Shown: positions 22,517-35,499, counted from the first letter of the stretch. The stretch is DNA of 64,000 bases from Nemertoderma westbladi (GCA_032718475.1 JAUCBJ010001221.1:1-64000); one strand, 5' to 3'. Notes: generated by a model from the sequence alone, not told the origin. Made by a program: numbers and translations.

Positions 22517-25118
22517 GCCCTACTTTCAGAGATTGGGTGTCGTTAGTTCTAATGGACTTTTGTTCTAAACAGGTTACGTCAGTAGTTCTAATCGGGGGTG
22601 TCATTAGTTCTAATTGCAAACGCCAGTAGTTCTAATTGAATAGTCACTTAGTTCTAAATCATGTGTCAGTTGTTCTAAAGTGGTTGCGTCAGTTGTTCTA
22701 AACAGGGGTGTCAATAGTTCTAATCAGGCATGTCATTAGTTCTAAAATTAAACTGAATGTGAATAAAGGTAATAATTTTGTATACTATTCATTGCACAAA
22801 CTAACTAATACTGAGTACAGAATAATTACTGACTTAGAATACAGACACTAATTATTAAAATTATGAATTATTAAAATTCGAACATTTAAAACATTTAAAA
22901 TTAGTATTAATTATTATTATTAATCAGTTTAAGTTCGACAGTTAAAGTTTCAGTTTACTAATGATTACCAAGCAGGTGCTGAACATGGTCCAGATAAGCA
23001 TAGACCATAGGACGCGGTATAGGAGCACCTTGTGCCATCCAATAATCCAACTGAATTTTCAACTGGTTCTTGGCCTCAGAAATGTGTTGATCAATCGTTA
23101 TGTCACGATCTCTTCGCTTACGTGCCAAGACATTGCCATTGTCCAGATTTCTGGCACGTACGACGTACGAGTTGTGCCACAGCTGAGCTTGCTGAAGGAA
23201 GTCGCCGAGTTCAGGATGGCGATGAGAAAAACGATGTGGAAGAGAATTATGCCATCCCTCACCATGGTTCGTTGTACGTGGACCATCATTGTCCCAGCTG
23301 TTCCAGGTTTCGATAAACCCTGGTCGAAGCCAAAAATCGGCGAAGTACTGAGAAAATTTGTTCAACTGAATGTTAACCGCTACATTCGCAATAACAGGAA
23401 CTTCGGCCAAAATATCGGCAGCAACAGGAAGTACTAGCTGCGACGGAATAAGACACAAGGAAACAAGTCGCCTCATCCAAATGCGAATGCGATCATCCTG
23501 TTGGCAGGGAATAGACAATCCCAATTTATCCCTCATTTCATTGAGAGCTTTTGTGTAATGAAACACACAACCCTGAATGCTAACCTCTGGGAAAGCTGCA
23601 TGAGCAGCGTTTATTGCAGCTTGCTCGAAGTCAAGGTGCCAGGTCTGAAATTGCAAGTCAGGCACTTGGCCACCTGCAACTGCAACTAACTTCTCACGAA
23701 TGCGTTCGAATAGGAACAGATAGGTATCCGTGTGCTTGTTGGGAAGTAAGGTATAAACCAATGGCATAGATTCAAGGCTATTATTTCTGTCAGAGAGAAA
23801 CCCGTGAATTGTATATAACTGTGCGAATGGAAATGGAACAATTGGCTGATATTTAAAATTGCCATCGAGGATAAGGTGTGGTGAAACCAGCAACCGCATA
23901 ATATCTGATACTGTAGACAAAATTATCACCATCGGATCCCCTGCCTGCTGCGGGGAATAACTAATTAGCCTCTCATTCTGCCAACCATCACCGGGATTCG
24001 AGAAACGTCCTCTATGAGTGAAGGTCAATGCAGCAGGAATTTCGAGAATGTTGTCAACCTTCGGTACACTCTTTCGCCTATGTCGTTGATATGATCTCTG
24101 AACTGATGAGAATGCAGGCAGCTTATCTTCAATTGCTTGTCGCTGGAATTCCGGTAGACCACCATAAGCAACTTGAATTTCAGCTAAGGAATCGTTATAC
24201 GCAGTACGAGGCCGTTTTCCAGTTGTCTGTATAACTTGCCTCGTTTTCCTGTCGATTGCTTTAGCGACAGCAATTTCCTTATCAATACCTAAACAGTAAT
24301 GTGGACGATTGGGATTGACCGGATCAGTGACAATTCGTTCACCTTTAACAACAAGGCTCGGTGGTGGAGGCAATGTGTTGTCCACATCTCTCGCCTCCTT
24401 GCACAGCTTGCATTTATAGTAAATCGCATTCTCACTTTTAGCTCGAAACATAAACTCTAGAACCTTGCCGTTTTCGATAGGATAACAGATAAGTGGATTT
24501 TTCCCAGTTTTTGTTCTGCGCGTGTAGTCTGAAAAGGAACCGTAGTCTGCTGGTACTGCACCCGCCATACTGCACTACAAAACAAAGTTTAGAAGTTAGG
24601 CCAACTCAAGAGTCAGAAAGTGCAGTGCAGATTAAGAGCACAATCAAAGACAATGCAGTACCGGTATTTTACTGTACTGCTTTGATTTTAAATTCCCCCC
24701 TCTACTGGTCTTTAGAACAACTGACACCCCTATTAGAACTACTGACGCATGCGTTTAGAACAACTGACGCTTCAATTAGAATTTAAGTACTTTTGAATTT
24801 AGAACTAAAGTCCTTTAGAACTAATGACATCCCCGATTAGAACTAATGACGTTTCCTGTTTAGAACTAAAGTCCATTAGAACTAAAGTCCTTTAGAACTA
24901 ATGACGTGATGCCTCTGAAAGGGCATTAGAACTAATTAAGATTAGAACTAATGACGTTTCCGGTTTAGAACTAAAGTCCATTAGAACTAAAGTCCTTTAG
25001 AACTAATGACGTGATGCCTCTGAAAGGGCATCACGTCATTAGTTCTAAAGGACTTTAGTTCTAATGGACTTTAGTTCTAAACCGGAAACGTCATTAGTTC
25101 TAATCGGGGATGTCATTA
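22517..25118 (-). mobile_element. Mutator/MULE DNA transposon with modular (Foldback-like) TIRs
   Basis: Left array of gtcattagttctaa units (22540-22745), inverted array of ttagaactaatgac units (24710-25018), and ctttcagag/ctctgaaag at the outer ends, enclosing an intact transposase. Confidence 0.85.
22958..24568 (-). CDS. MULE transposase, 536 aa, uninterrupted
   Basis: YYKC..C..H zinc-finger-like N-terminus. Motifs ILDGNFK, QLYTIHG, PLVYTLLPNK, HLDFEQAAINA, GCVFHY and PRTTNHGEGWHN give the MULE DDE/CxxH signatures. Confidence 0.93.
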   Translation of the reverse strand: MAGAVPADYGSFSDYTRRTKTGKNPLICYPIENGKVLEFMFRAKSENAIYYKCKLCKEARDVDNTLPPPPSLVVKGERIVTDPVNPNRPHYCLGIDKEIAVAKAIDRKTRQVIQTTGKRPRTAYNDSLAEIQVAYGGLPEFQRQAIEDKLPAFSSVQRSYQRHRRKSVPKVDNILEIPAALTFTHRGRFSNPGDGWQNERLISYSPQQAGDPMVIILSTVSDIMRLLVSPHLILDGNFKYQPIVPFPFAQLYTIHGFLSDRNNSLESMPLVYTLLPNKHTDTYLFLFERIREKLVAVAGGQVPDLQFQTWHLDFEQAAINAAHAAFPEVSIQGCVFHYTKALNEMRDKLGLSIPCQQDDRIRIWMRRLVSLCLIPSQLVLPVAADILAEVPVIANVAVNIQLNKFSQYFADFWLRPGFIETWNSWDNDGPRTTNHGEGWHNSLPHRFSHRHPELGDFLQQAQLWHNSYVVRARNLDNGNVLARKRRDRDITIDQHISEAKNQLKIQLDYWMAQGAPIPRPMVYAYLDHVQHLLGNH

Positions 25119-25959
25119 GCCGCCATCAAAAGAGGAGCCTTTAAGGTTGCCTCTGGCTTCGGCCAACTGTTTGCATTGCTTACTAATAATATCTGACTAT
25201 ATTCTATATTGCTTGCTTTAATCAGTTATTGTCAGTCACTCACTCCCATTTTAAGCATTAATGTTACACATTTATGTATAATTTTATTATGTGAACCTTA
25301 CATATTGCATAGACTTTAGCTTAGACATATAATTATAATATTAATGTACACTTATCACACATGATCTAATAACTTAAATGTGAAAGATTTCTTTAATAGA
25401 TTTAATTATTTTGATGGATAATTTAGCAGGTTATCTTTCAGTATTATAATAATATATGAATTACAAAGTTAGTAAATATTCGTGTTGATACTATGACATC
25501 ACCTTTAGCGATTTAGGTCTCACAAAAATAATCTTAAATAAAAAACATAAAACTAAACTCAAAACATATTTTCATATTCATAATTGAAGTGGATTATGTT
25601 CCTTGCATGTCCTTAGACCTCCATATTAAGCTTTATGAGGCCCCTTATCAGCCTTATATTAGACCTTCAGTAACACCTACTGGCTCAAGAAGTAGACCAG
25701 CAATATCCTTCAGTGAAAATTTATAGACTTTTTTGACAGACAGACTGACATATATATATATACATATATATATATAGTATATAAAATAAAAACTAAAATA
25801 TGACATATTAAATAAAATATCTGCTATGAAACATTCAAATATTGATGTGTGGAGAGACGAGAGAGAGTTAGTGAAATCAAATATGGCATGGATTACATAA
25901 AATATAAATAATACAGTAATTTAAGGGCCATGTATATGGAACAATAAATATAGATCTAT

Positions 25960-26995
25960 GGAGGGATTAGTCAGACCACCATGAAGGGTTAAACTTTAAG
26001 CCGTAATCAGAATAAAATAGGTTCAAGTTGTGCTTGAAAGAGTCCACTGAGGGAGACGTCACTACAGTTTCTGACAGCGCATTCCAAGGGTCAAAAGTTG
26101 TCTCGAAAGCAAACGCACCGTGGTTTAAGTAGTTTCATCGAGTGTCCACGTCGGCTGCTGGTATCTAATGAGAAATACTGACGGTAGTCTGCATTATCCA
26201 ATCCTTTAAGCAACTGATAGACCTGGACTAAATCCGCTTGGTGGAGCCGATACTCCAATGTGGGAAGTCCGAGTCTTCGAAGGCACTTTGGAAATGATAA
26301 GTCGTGGAACCCAAGTGGCAATCTCGTCGCTCTACGCTGAACACTCTCGAGTAAGCGAATGCTGAACACTCTCGAGTAAGCGAATTTCACCAACTCTACT
26401 AGGTGACCAAACAGGTGAGCCGTATTCTACTATTGGGTGAACGAGTGATTTATATAAACTAATAAACATAATGTCATCAAGGTGTTTAAAGCTTCGATAG
26501 ATGTTCCAGAGTGCGATTTGCTTTTTTAGTTACTGCAGCAATATGTTTTGTAAATTTCAGGTTATTCTAAAATATAACTCTAAGATATTTCTCCCAAGTT
26601 GTAGTTTCTAATTCAGAACCTCCCAAATGGTAAGTGTGTTGTGGATTGTTGTATCCAAGATGCATAATTTTACATTTATCTTGATTATAAAGCAGTTGCC
26701 TGCCATGTTAAACTCCATTGGTAAAGACTGTCGAGACCAGGTTGAAGTGGACCAATTGCAGCAACAGGAGAAGGGGTGAAAATTATGCTAGCCTTTGAAT
26801 CGTCTGCGAAAAGGTGGAAGAGAGATTCTAGAACAACTGTAGGTTCGTCATTTATAAATCCACTGAAAAGGAATACGCCAAACAAACTACCCTGAGGGAC
26901 TCCACTAAGAACTGGCAGCCATTCTGAGTGTTCTCCAGCTACTACTCGTTGTTTGCGCCCTGATAAAAAATGAGTCAACCACCGAAGACAGAGAC
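25960..26995 (-). mobile_element. CR1-type LINE, 3' RT remnant
   Basis: SGVPQGS, LFADDSK, LESVQRRATRL, LGLPTLEYR, RGHSMKL and WNAL, with frameshifts. Confidence 0.85.
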
Positions 26996-27039
26996 ACCGA
27001 GCGCACATATTAGAAATTAATTCTAGAATGACCAATCAT

Positions 27040-27300
27040 TGGACGGATCCAAGAAATGGATGTCCTTACTTCTCACGCGTGTTTGTTTGTTTGTGTGTTT
27101 GTTTGTTTGTTTGTACATACAACTTCTTGCACTTAATGTTGATGGAATTGGATGAAATTTTGATGATAGGTTCATTATCGGACCTAGTTGTGTATGCAAG
27201 GGTTTGGTTGCGAGGGACCTGTTGGATGCCTAGCAACAGTGAAATTAATTCTAGAATGACCAATCATAATCGTAGAATTCACTCAATCAAAATTCTGTCG
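27040..27300 (+). mobile_element. Fragment of a Helentron/DINE-1-like non-autonomous element
   Basis: ggacggatcca motif followed by a (gttt)n microsatellite, as in the 5' part of the element at 27723-28842. Confidence 0.4.
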
Positions 27301-27722
27301 ACACCCCATAGTTTCGCAAAATTTCGTTTAGAAATCTGGAAGATAGATTTCTAACAAACAGTGTTTTTTAACATAGGTCCTACAATATTATACTAATTAC
27401 ACTATTATCATACTGTCTAGCCAATCCCCTAGAATATTGTTGCCTAGACAAAGACAACATCCCATTGGAGCTTCAGTGTGGATGTAAGTAAGTAGCAGTG
27501 TAATTGAGAGAGCTGTCTACTCCACATTGACAACTATTGGGTTCTCATTCGTTATTACTTATTACGCTGCCCTGCTTATGAGCGTAATTCATTACAACAA
27601 ACAATATAATATTAACTGTGTTGTACAGACTACAGAGGGTACTTTGCCCAATGCTTCGCTTTGCGTTTTTCGATTTTAGGCTTCCCTTCATAGGCGCGTA
27701 ATTTATTACAACAATAATATTG

Positions 27723-28842
27723 ACAAGCTGGCAAGTCTGGAGGGTTCACGGTCCTCCTACTTAATCAGTACAATAATAATACGTTTTCGTTCGGGTAGGC
27801 CTATGTTTCCTTTTCACTTGTTCCCACCGTAGGCGACCTCATGCTCATCCCACCACGACCATGACCACCAGTTACGAGTCTGCGAGTTGGGTAGGCGTCT
27901 ACCGGCAAGCGGCAACCGGTAAGTAATTACGCGCCACACGACGTCATCCCGCCATCCGCCAACATTTATACCGGTACGGTAAGCCTACCACCTACCGGCT
28001 GGCTACCATCGCACCGTAGGTCTACTGCCTACGCCTACCGGTCAACCGGTAACGGTAGGCTACCGCGTACCGGTACAGCGGTACTCAAAGTCGTACCGGT
28101 ATTGTCGTAATTGACAAATGCAGGATTAAACCGTAACCCGTTCCGGTACCGGTACCATATGCATCTGAACGACTGGACGGTTAATCTCATAGCATAGCTG
28201 CATAGGCCTACCGGTAGTCAGTGCGAAGTCGCCTGCGAACATGGCGAAATATTATATTTACTGCTAGGGCTAGGCTCAGAGGCTAGGACCTACTGCTGTA
28301 CTGACCTATGACAGTATGAAGATAGGCAGATAGGCCTACAGTGGTCAGGTAGTACCGGTCCGGTATGCCTACTACAGGCAGACAATCAGACAGTACTAGC
28401 AGTTCTAATTAATTACCTTAATTAAATCTTCAATTAGGTCATAATGTAGGTCCAAATTTAAAAATCGGCCTCCGTTAATCGATTTAGAAATAATTCAGGT
28501 ACCTCCATGCCAAATATCAGAATTATTCATTGCGTTCCCTATGACAAGATAGCTTTTTCCTAAACCATGCGAAAACACGCAAATATAGCGCTCACATCGC
28601 ACAAATACCATCTCGACACCCAATTTTTTGTATGAGCCTTCGCCATCCCTATATCGAACTTTTGTCCAAATTTTGTTTCGATTGATTAATAAATAACTGA
28701 GATATCGCTCTGGACACACACACAAACTAACTAACACACACACACACACACACATTACGGTAATAATGGTCACTTATGTCAAGGACCGTGAACCAATAGC
28801 AATGGATCCGTCCATATTGCCAGCTCTCGCTGGCAAGCTTGT
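27723..28842 (-). mobile_element. Helentron/DINE-1-like (HINE) non-autonomous element
   Basis: Terminal acaagct/agcttgt, 13-bp subterminal inverted repeat ggttcacggtcct (27743) / aggaccgtgaacc (28782), end hairpin ttgccagc-tctc-gctggcaa (28817-28836), and a (CA)n microsatellite near that end. Confidence 0.6.
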
Positions 28843-29101
28843 ATTTTATAAAACTTAATTTATTTACTTGTTTTTGTCATCTACGTACGTACACTGTATC
28901 TCCTTATACCCTACCCTGTCTATACCTCGAATATACCCCGAATATATTATATATATTATAATTATATTACACAATTAAATATTTATCACTAGTACTTAAT
29001 GCTCTAGATCTTACTACAAATTATTATTACTTATATATTTGTGCTGCATTGCCTTTCATTATTAAAATATTTCCGCCTAAAGAATGATTTCAACGAACTT
29101 A

Positions 29102-29698
29102 ATGATGAAGTTATATTTTCTAGCATTCCTTACTATTTCGATAGCGAGTAAGTAATGATTAAATAATACCTCTGTAATTTATTATAAAATAAATTTCAGG
29201 TTCCCAGTCGCATTTAACCGTTTTTATTAAGATATATAAAGGGAGTTTTTCTGAAAGACTTCGATCCCAGCATTATCATCACATGAAAAAATATACACAT
29301 ATATTTTATAGTTACGGGATCACATCACAAATAGGGATTGCTTCAAAATACACTAATTCGTAGAATTTTAAGTTTACATAAGTTGTAGTAAAAAGGTTAT
29401 AACAGTTTGAAAATAGATGTGATCCCATTATTGGTAGTCTTTGGGTTTTAACGAACCACTCGAATCAGCTCAAGTAAATAAATAATATCTTATATATTTT
29501 TTTCCAATTTTCATTGTATTTTACCTAGGTTTTGGTTTCGCGATACCAATAGAAGGTGATCCAAAAAGTTCCATTGATGTTTCCGATAGAGCTGTATATC
29601 TTCCTTGTGGTAGTGAAATGGATTTGTGTGGTTCATACCATGGTGATTGTTGCGGCGGATTAGATTGCCACTTAGTATGTATGACGTTAAGAAAATGA
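29102..29698 (+). CDS. Two-exon secreted knottin/ICK-like peptide precursor, paralog B (exons 29102-29147 and 29529-29698)
   Basis: Strong donor a|gtaagt and acceptor ttacctag|. The join gives MMKLYFLAFLTISIASFGFA-IPIEGDPKSSIDVSDR-AVYLPCGSEMDLCGSYHGDCCGGLDCHLVCMTLRK* (signal, acidic pro-piece ending in R, 6-Cys mature peptide). An in-frame ATG also lies at 29084. Confidence 0.75.
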
Positions 29699-30479
29699 TG
29701 GATTTACCATTAAATTGTTAAGAAATTTGTGCCTTCGTGTTGGTTATATAATATACAGGAATGTTAAGTGTTATTTTATTCACTTTTTATTTTTATGATC
29801 TTTTATAATTAAAGACTTTTTCGCTATTTTTTGGCGAGATTGTTATTTTATTATGGAATTACTAAGAAACTGCAAATATAGTGAGTAAATATAGCCTAAC
29901 CATCCGCAGTCTATTAACATAGACACGGCAATACTCATCAGATGTAGGAGGGGGGGGGGGGGGGGGGGGGGATGCTGCCAGCAAGCATGCATACATTCTG
30001 GCTCAATCAAAGCCTATTCGAGCTCAATCGAGGCCTATTACATACTGTACTGAGTGGCACTGGCTGACAGACAGACGCACAATTTGAATATCGCAGAATC
30101 CCGCCGGGTTGAATTGTTTACTTAGTTAACTTACTGTAAACCTACTGACCACTGACTTATCACAATTTTACTGGCTAGTCAGCTAGCAGGCTAATTAGCA
30201 CGATCAGCCTGGTACCACCAACCTTCACTTTCAGTTTCAATCTAACACAGATTGACAGTACCTGATGTTCTTAAACCTTTCATTATCAGTACAGCAGTGG
30301 AAATACAATTCAGAAATTCATTTTTTAGGATAAATATTACCAGTAAATTTTGGAACTTGTACGTTAATATATTTCAGTACCATACAGTTGGCTGACTTGG
30401 ATATTGGTTTATTTGGTAAGGGTTAGTTGGTCAGGCCAAAACATCAGGAATTTATTAGATATGGGGGACTTATAAGATA

Positions 30480-31360
30480 TGATATGTTGTATGTGATTCT
30501 ATGTGAAACTAGAAGAGGGAAATGCATGTTTGAAAAGTTCAAACCATTCTATAATGTAGAACTAGATGCTGGTCTGGGCATTCTTTTATTATGGCTGGTG
30601 TTTACAAAAGTGTCCATTACAAACCCTTTAAGAATTTTGATACTGTCCAGTCCATGGGCTACCTTTCTTCAAAACAGCAATAGGATATGGATCTTTCGTT
30701 TGATAACAAGGATACCCATCAAGATTATCAATCAAATGACAAGTTTGCTGCAACTAGAGATAGTTGGCTTATGTTCCAAAGCCTATTGTTAAAATTTGTA
30801 ATCCCAGAGTCTCACCTCATAGTAGACCAGCAACTAGTGGGGTTTAGGGGACCTGGTTAGAACATATATGAAGAAACCTAAAAAGTTTGGGTTGAAAATT
30901 ATTTGTGTTTGCGAGGCTACAACTGGCTTTTTGAGGCTTTGCCTTGAAAGGTGAAATGGAAAGCAGCCTGCTTCCTTCATATGGTTGCGGACGAAACACA
31001 ATGACCACTAATTATTTCACATCTTTCTCTTTGACTGCTAATATTTAAGAAACGAGATATTACACTGTTGGGCGCTATCAGATCATATTTTTAGGAAATT
31101 CTAAAGGAACTTCTGAAGAAGGGAAATAGGAGAGTTGATAGTTCCATGTTTACCCATAATCAAGAACTCAACATATAAATTGTTTGATTCACACCCAGCA
31201 CAGCAGTCTTGACAACTTGATGTTTAAGATGGCAAACCTGCAATTATTCATGATTATAACGCCACCAAGTTGGTATGGATATAATGGATTCAGGAGTATC
31301 ACATTTTATATATATATAAGAGAAAGATCAACAGATGGCCATTGATGGTATTTCTAAAGT
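30480..31360 (+). pseudogene. piggyBac transposase remnant
   Basis: SFDNKDT..DKFAATRD.W, IVDQQLVGFRG, YMKKPKKFGLKI, KPAIIHDYNATK.GMD and RWPLMVF. Confidence 0.85.
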
Positions 31361-31549
31361 GAATTCATTCCTCATCCTACAGAAGAACAAGTATAAAAAA
31401 TCAAATATAAATAAACGATTACACAGAAGAATTACAATGAGAATGGCGACCGGAGACTGATTGATGCGTTTTTGCTTGCTATTTGCTTATAATTTTGAAT
31501 AATTTAGAGATATATTGTAAAAACTTAAATCTTCAGTAACCATCTATTT

Positions 31550-34500
31550 TTCACCTCGGGTAATAAAGTAATTTAGTGCTATCGGTTAAATTTATTTGGG
31601 TGTTATCTATTTTTATTTGTGGTACAGAATTGGAGGTCATTAGGGTACTGTTTGTAAAAATGGTATATTCAGTTTTTTTTTAATTTAGTAAAAGTTTGTT
31701 ATCAGTTAACCAGTTATTTAGTTTTGAAAGTTCATTGTTCGTGCTGTTGAGTAGGTAGTGAATGTTAGAATGTGAGTTTAACAGAGTTGTATCGTCAGCA
31801 AAGAGTGTCGAAAGTAACTTGGTAACATTCGGTAGGTCGTTGATAAAAATAAGAAAGAGAGTCGGGGACAGGACCGAACCTTGGGGGACACCGCAAGACA
31901 GTGGTAGGAGGGAAGAGTTCTGACCATCTATTGTAACAAATAGATAGCGGTCGGTTAAAAATTTTTTAAAAGGATTTAATGGGGTGCCTCTGACACCATA
32001 GGCCTCCAGCTTCTTTAGTAGTATACTGTGGTCCACGGTGTCAAAGGCTTTTTTCAAATCTATATAGACAGCGCAAGTATGAAAGTGAGAGTCAAACATG
32101 GAGTGGATCTGTTCGGTTATAGAGAGAAGTGCATGAGCAGTAGAAATTTTTGGTCGGAATCCATATTGTGATAGAGTGATTATATTGTATTTGTTTAAGT
32201 AAGATTGTAGTTGTTCATTCAATATTTGTTCAAGAATTTTGCTAAAGATTGGAAGAAGGGAAATAGGACGTAATTGTTAGGATCGTACGGGTCGTCAGAT
32301 TTGTAAACCGGAATGACTTTGGCAGTTTTTAAAGAGTCTGGAAAAAAGCCATGCGAAATTGAAAGGTTAAATAGAGAGCATAAATGGTGGGAGAGAGGTT
32401 CGGCGGCAAGTCTAATAAGTGAAGGGGGAAATGGATCGTTAGTACTGCAATTAAGCTTAAGTTGAAGAATTTTAAATTGTACCTCAAGAGGAGATGTTTC
32501 GGCCAGAGAGAAAGAATTAGGTCGGGTATGGGATAAATGGCGGAGTGGGGACGATCTAGGTAGTGTTGGTAAAGTACTTTGCAGTTTGGGTCCTACAGTA
32601 GCAAAATGTTTATTAAACGTTTCAGCAATTTCTTTAGGGTTGGAAATAATTTTGGAATGGATATTTGTTTTAATGATTAGTTTCTTTGGGGATAATTTCG
32701 CTGAAGATTTATGAAGTACGGAGTTAATAACAGTCCATGTTTTACGGATATTGTTGGAATTTTGTTCAAATTGCTTAGAGTAATATTTTTTTTCAGCAGC
32801 CCTAAGTGTAGATGTTAAACGATTACGGTAAGAATTGAACAGCAAGCGGTTAGTTTCAGTTTTATTTTTTATGTATTTACGGTTCAGTTTTTCTTTAGTT
32901 CGTATAGATTTAAGCAAATTCTCAGTTATCCATGGGTTGTTGGGACGAGTTTTATGAGTATAAGTTTTCAATGGCAAGTGATTGGTACAAATTTTTACGA
33001 GGTCCTTATAAAAATGTTCAAATTTTAGCTGAATGGGAATAGAATCGTCAGTGTAACTCCAGTAATCATTGGTTTTAATATCCTGTAAAAAATCTTTTTC
33101 GTTGAATTTTGAAAAGTCGAAGCTCGTGTAATTCTTAGGTTTATTAAAGATGCAGTTGAATTTTTGCAGAACAATAAAAGTGGCACGGTGGTCGCAATTC
33201 CCGATTTTACAGTTAAAGGTTCCAGCGTTTGAGACAGAAGTAGTAATGTTTGTGATAATGTGGTCAAGTAATGTTTCGGAATTACGTTTTGGGTCGATTC
33301 GAGTAGGGTGGTATTTGTAAGAATCCGTAGGAGTTAAGTAAATTAATGTATTCTTTCTGGGTATTGTTGTTGCTAGTTTTCTGTAAGTCAATGTTAATAT
33401 CTCCAGTAATAATAGTGTCACAGTTATTATTAGTAAGATTAGTATTAAGTAACGTATTGAAGTCGGTCGGTTTAATAGCGTCAGTGCGGTAGATAGTGCC
33501 TATGATAAGAGATTTAGTACCAGGTCTAGCAATTCTAATCCATGAGTTTTCGAGCCCCGGAATTTGGAACTAGGGACACTCAGACATTTGTAAAGACTCG
33601 CTCACGTAGATAGCGGTGCCACCGCGCCTTGTATTTCCAGTCTGGCGATTAGTAAGAATCGGACGGTCGTGGTAGACATTGAATTTAAAAAGATCTAATG
33701 GGGTATCACAGTTAAAAAAAGTTTCAGTAAAGGTTAAAATATCGAATTTAAAGCTTAAGGTATCAAGAAAAGTGCTAATGGCACCGTAATTAAAGGGTAA
33801 GCTACAGCAATTTAAGTGTAGAACAGAAAAAGAGTCTTTATAGTTAGAGGAAGAAAACTCAGACTGGAAATATTCGGCAGTGAGCGACCCCTTATCAAAA
33901 GCTAATTTGGTGACGTTTTGATCGGGATCAATGTTTGAAAAAGTTTGGTTGAAGTTTTGGGACTCACTATCTAGTGGTGTTTGTGGATATGTATTATTGT
34001 TTGAGAATATGTATTCATCTTGATTAGATATGTTAGAGAACGGAAATGTAGCAATTTGACAGAAAATACACAAACAATTGTTGACATTTTGGGACTGAAA
34101 ATCTGAAGTGTTTAAATGTGAACCGCATTGGAGGTGAAAAATTGACTGGCATAAAGAACACGAAAAATGGCAATCAGCTGCCGAAATAGTGGAAAAGCAA
34201 AAAGCACAGTTAATGGGGACAGATATTGGCGGATACCTTTACCAATGGCCGGGCCTACAATAGGACAGTTGCTGGCAATAGTGCGAAAAATACCCTAGCC
34301 CCCTTCGATATATATAAAAATGGAATAATAGGACTATTCCAATGGGGGGGGGGGGGGGGGGGGGGGTAGTTATTATGTTATATAACAAGATTAAATGAGT
34401 TAGCCGTGAAGTGTTACATCCAAGATTTCACCATCGTAATCCTCGGTAACCGAGAGAACAGGTTGAGATTTAGGGTCAGAGACACTATCTCCCAGTACGG

Positions 34501-34810
34501 CGTAATAAGATCCGGTTGCCGAAGAATTCGAATTTAGTGCTGCCTCAGCCCGAGAAATGCTACAGGTAGTGCGAGGATTCTCCACAGACTGTTTCTTTTT
34601 AGGTTTAAGTTGGTAGCCACAGGGACGAGACTCTCTTCGAATTTCGTCGATGCTAACATGTGACGTAATCTCGATTGGAGTCGAATCCTCGGTTGTTCTG
34701 ACAAGAATCTTCCCATTGGATGAATAGGCAGCGCAGACACGACCTTCCTTCTTAAGTTGGATGGCTTCCTTAAGAAGTGCTACATGGGGTGCAGTAAGAT
34801 GGTCGGAGGG
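31550..34810 (-). mobile_element. CR1/L2-group (Crack/L2-like) LINE: ORF1 C-terminus plus ORF2 (PHD-like finger, APE endonuclease, RT), frameshifted and 3'-truncated
   Basis: ORF1 tail SDHLTAP..LLKEAIQLKKEGRV..YSSNGKILVR (34400-34810). ORF2 starts CAFC..CSLCQSIFHLQC..CIFC..FPF, followed by HLNCCSL, TET, RRGGTAIYV, PTR..TLLDHI, DH, QYGFR, DLKKAFDTVDH, GVPQGSVL and LFADDT. Confidence 0.9.
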
Positions 34811-35499
34811 ATAGGTACCCTTATCAAACTCCGATTTATGGGAAAAAATATGGCCGAGTAGGGCACTTACTCACGCGGTGGTACTCGTCTGATCCTGATA
34901 TGTATAATATAATCATAGCCCTCTATCCAATATGCATTGAATAAATCACTGTATCGGCATATAAGCGACAGGATTGTCATTCTCATGCATAGGTGAGATG
35001 TAAAGATGGATCTCGGGCAACATGTGTCATTCTGTGAAATGGGGGTGTCCCAGTATTGAGAGGCATCATTAACACCATTGCCCAAACTTGCCTGGAAAAA
35101 AAGCCATATACATCCTTTAGCTGATTAGGGCACTCATAGACTGATGTTAGTGAATCTTCTAAACCCCATACATAAATCATGGACCTCTACCACTGATTAT
35201 TTCGTCCAGAAGCCAAATCCTTAAAATCTCTGTTCAAAGAGAAATTCCAAATACCATCATAGTTATACTGCCATCTTATTAGTGTAGCCAGAAAATATGA
35301 GGGGGGGGGGGGGGGGGGGGGGATTAATTGCAAAATTATAATAGCTTATTTTTCAAGCTCATTTTAGCTGCTGGTAGTAGCAATTTCAAAATAAAGCCTT
35401 ATAGTCAATAATAAAGAAATTTTCAGTCTATTTGTGGAATATAGAGAATGACACATTAAGTAGCCTAAAAGTATATCCACATTGAATTAAAAAAGACAT

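Noticed and set aside
22540-22745. Short repeat-spacer array resembling CRISPR
   Set aside because: It is mirrored by an inverted array on the other side of a MULE transposase, so these are modular TIRs.
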